The position numbers were made by a program, and so were the translations under genes. The notes under the pieces were generated by a model. The model did not search any database, was not told the DNA's origin, and saw only the letters and a list, made by a program, of their open reading frames with translations. From Camelus dromedarius (lineage: Eukaryota), in contig NC_087437.1 in the NCBI RefSeq assembly GCF_036321535.1, forward strand, positions 116,066,001 to 116,130,000: a stretch of 64,000 bases of DNA, written 5' to 3'. Position 1 is the stretch's first letter. Every line of letters starts with the position of its first letter. Below, piece after piece: positions 62,081-64,000 of the stretch.

Positions 62081-62577
62081 TGTGCAAAGGACTGGATATC
62101 TGTGTCCCTACAAAAGTCGTATGTTGAATATAATGGAAAAGAATCTGAAAAGAAAACACATATATGTATGTATATGGATAACTGAATCACTTTGCTGTAC
62201 ACCTGAAACTAACATTGTGTATCAACTGCACTTTAATAAAAATTTAAAAAAATTGACGATTCAGGTAAACATGAAATAAGTCATATGTTGACATTTGAAC
62301 CCCAGTGTGATGGTATTAGGAGGTGAAGTCCTTGGGAGGTGATTAGGTCATGAGGGTGGAGCCCTCATGAATGGGATAGTGCCCTTGTAAAGGGACCCCA
62401 GAGAGCTCCCTCTTTCTCTCCTTCCACAATGTGAAGACACAGTGAGAAGCTGGCAGTTTGTAACCAGACACTAACAATGCTTGCACCCTGGTCTCGAACA
62501 TCCAGCCTCCAGAACTGAGAAATATGTCTGCTGTCGATAAGCCATCAGTGTGTGGTCAGCCTGCACTGAGTGAAACA
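62081..62577 (+). mobile_element. MLT1A0-like LTR interrupted by a short L1
   Basis: GGACTGGATATCTGTGTCCCTACAAAAGTCGTATGTTGA, then the insertion, then CCCAGTGTGATGGTATTAGGAGGTG...GAGGTGATTAGGTCATGAGGGTGGAGCCCTCATGAATGGGAT...CAGCCTCCAGAACTG. Confidence 0.85.
62128..62277 (+). mobile_element. Severely 5'-truncated L1 3' end with TSD
   Basis: ATATAATGGAAAAGAATCTGAAAA...ATAACTGAATCACTTTGCTGTACACCTGAAACTAAC...; TSD AAGTCGTATGTTGA (62114-27) / AAGTCATATGTTGA (62278-91). Confidence 0.9.
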
Positions 62578-63056
62578 GGTGGTGGGTCAGAAGTCTCTGA
62601 TTCTCTGCTCCCAGCCCTGGGATTCAGCAGCTGTGGAACAGCAGGCATGCTTCACAGGACTGCCCGTAGACTCCTAATCTAAATCAGAATCAGAACCGTG
62701 GCCCCTGCCAACTTTAAAAGGTTGGACAACAGAGACAAAATGAGATCACTGCACAAAAACATTTTGTAAACTAAATGTTATAGAAATAATTCATTTGGGT
62801 ATGACCTTGAAATTAAAAAAAAAATGCCTGCATGGAAATTTCTTCTGCTTCTCACTGCTACCTTTCCCCCTTATGGAAAAATATTTTCACGAGCTGTTTG
62901 GTTCAGTTTGAAAGATAGATGTAGAGAGAGTAATTCTTCAACCATAATTGATGTCAAGCAAAGTCAGAAACTCTCTTGATTTATTGGAGTCTAAATCCCC
63001 TTAGTTATGAAAGCCAAATGCTTGTGATTGTGTTTTGTAAATTCTAATGCTCAATG

Positions 63057-63112
63057 CATAAATATATATATATACACACATATGTACATATATATATATA
63101 CATGTATATATT
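63057..63112. repeat. (TA/CA)n low-complexity microsatellite
   Basis: ATATATATATATACACACATATGTACATATATATATACATGTATATA. Confidence 0.85.
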
Positions 63113-63835
63113 AATTTCTCTCTTACTTATTAGAGCTCATTTTTCTAATCTTTTTGCTGCTGTTATACTTTTCTCTAGTGAGTTAACAAAGTCCATTCAT
63201 TATTCCTGGATTCAGATACCTCTGCGGGGATTCTGATATATCTATAACTATAGATGTAGAGAAAATATGTATGTATTTCCTGCCTGGTTCCAAAGGATCT
63301 CAATTAGTTTATGCCTACCCTGTCCATTTATCTTATGAGTTTTCTTTTGCATTAACCATCTTCTCACCTTTTGCATTAACTTTGCCTTGGAGACATCAGT
63401 TCCACTCCTATTTAAGACAAAAATGATATCCAATTTTACATCTAGTAAAGTAATGCCTTGTGATTCACAACAAACTTCAAGATTTTCCTTGCTGAGTGAG
63501 CTTATCTCAAGGTCCCTGGAAAGTGTTTAACTCTTCATATTTAGAGATTGCTGTTGTTAAAAATTGCTTCTGCACACATACTTGACCTCACTGGAGCTTC
63601 ATTTATACATACAAGAAACAATACCTACAATGAGGTACTTTTACACGTATCTTTTCATCCCTTCTATAAGGGAGAAAACCGCCAATATTTGAAAGAGGTC
63701 AAGTCCAGTACTGATTGCCTAGTAAACAAGACAGCCAGAACTGAACCCGTCTGTGTCAAAACCTAAATCTCTTGCTTTCAAGATTTTCTCTGTCTTTGTC
63801 TTCCTGTAGTTTAAATAAGATATGCCTAGATACAT

Positions 63836-64000
63836 TCGTTTGTTTGTTTTTTTTATTTTTTATTGAGATGTGATTGATAAACAACATCCTATTAGTTTCA
63901 GGTGTACAGCATAATGGTTCAATATTTGTACATATTGCAAAATGATCATCACAGTACGTCTAGTTAACATCTGCCACCATACATAGTTACAGAACTATTC
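63836..64000 (-). mobile_element. L1 3' end, continues beyond the window
   Basis: T-rich tail, then TATTGAGATGTGATTGA...TTAGTTTCAGGTGTACAGCATAATGGTTCAATATTTGTACATATTGCAAAATGATCA...CTAGTTAACATC. Confidence 0.85.

Noticed and set aside
1..64000. ORFs of 60-210 aa in the supplied track as protein-coding genes
   Set aside because: None resembles a protein I recognise apart from L1 ORF2 debris. Many start at non-ATG codons, overlap repeats or are low-complexity, as expected by chance in mammalian non-coding DNA.

Overview
This is mammalian, not prokaryotic, DNA: a repeat-rich non-coding stretch (intergenic or deep intronic). tRNA-derived SINEs of the Vic-1 type (GGGGAGGGTATAGCTCAAGTGGTAG...) point to a camelid (alpaca, vicuna, llama or camel). 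I recognise no protein-coding gene, rRNA, true tRNA or CRISPR array. The supplied ORFs are chance ORFs or decayed L1 ORF2 pieces. Much of the window is layered transposon debris: ancient L2/MIR, MaLR (MLT1) solo LTRs, hAT/Tigger MITEs (MER5, MER20, MER2, MER103-like), L1 3' fragments of several ages, Vic-1 SINEs and three ERV1-type solo LTRs. I did not find a convincing new biological system. The best leads are: two related ERV1 solo LTRs in direct orientation about 14 kb apart; a MER41-like LTR pointing at a well-formed minus-strand candidate exon; a second minus-strand candidate exon; two L1s apparently inserted one after the other at the same target; an L1 with a probable short 3' transduction; and a few candidate regulatory motif clusters. 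Repeat subfamily names come from recalled consensus similarity, and boundaries without a TSD or TIR are approximate.
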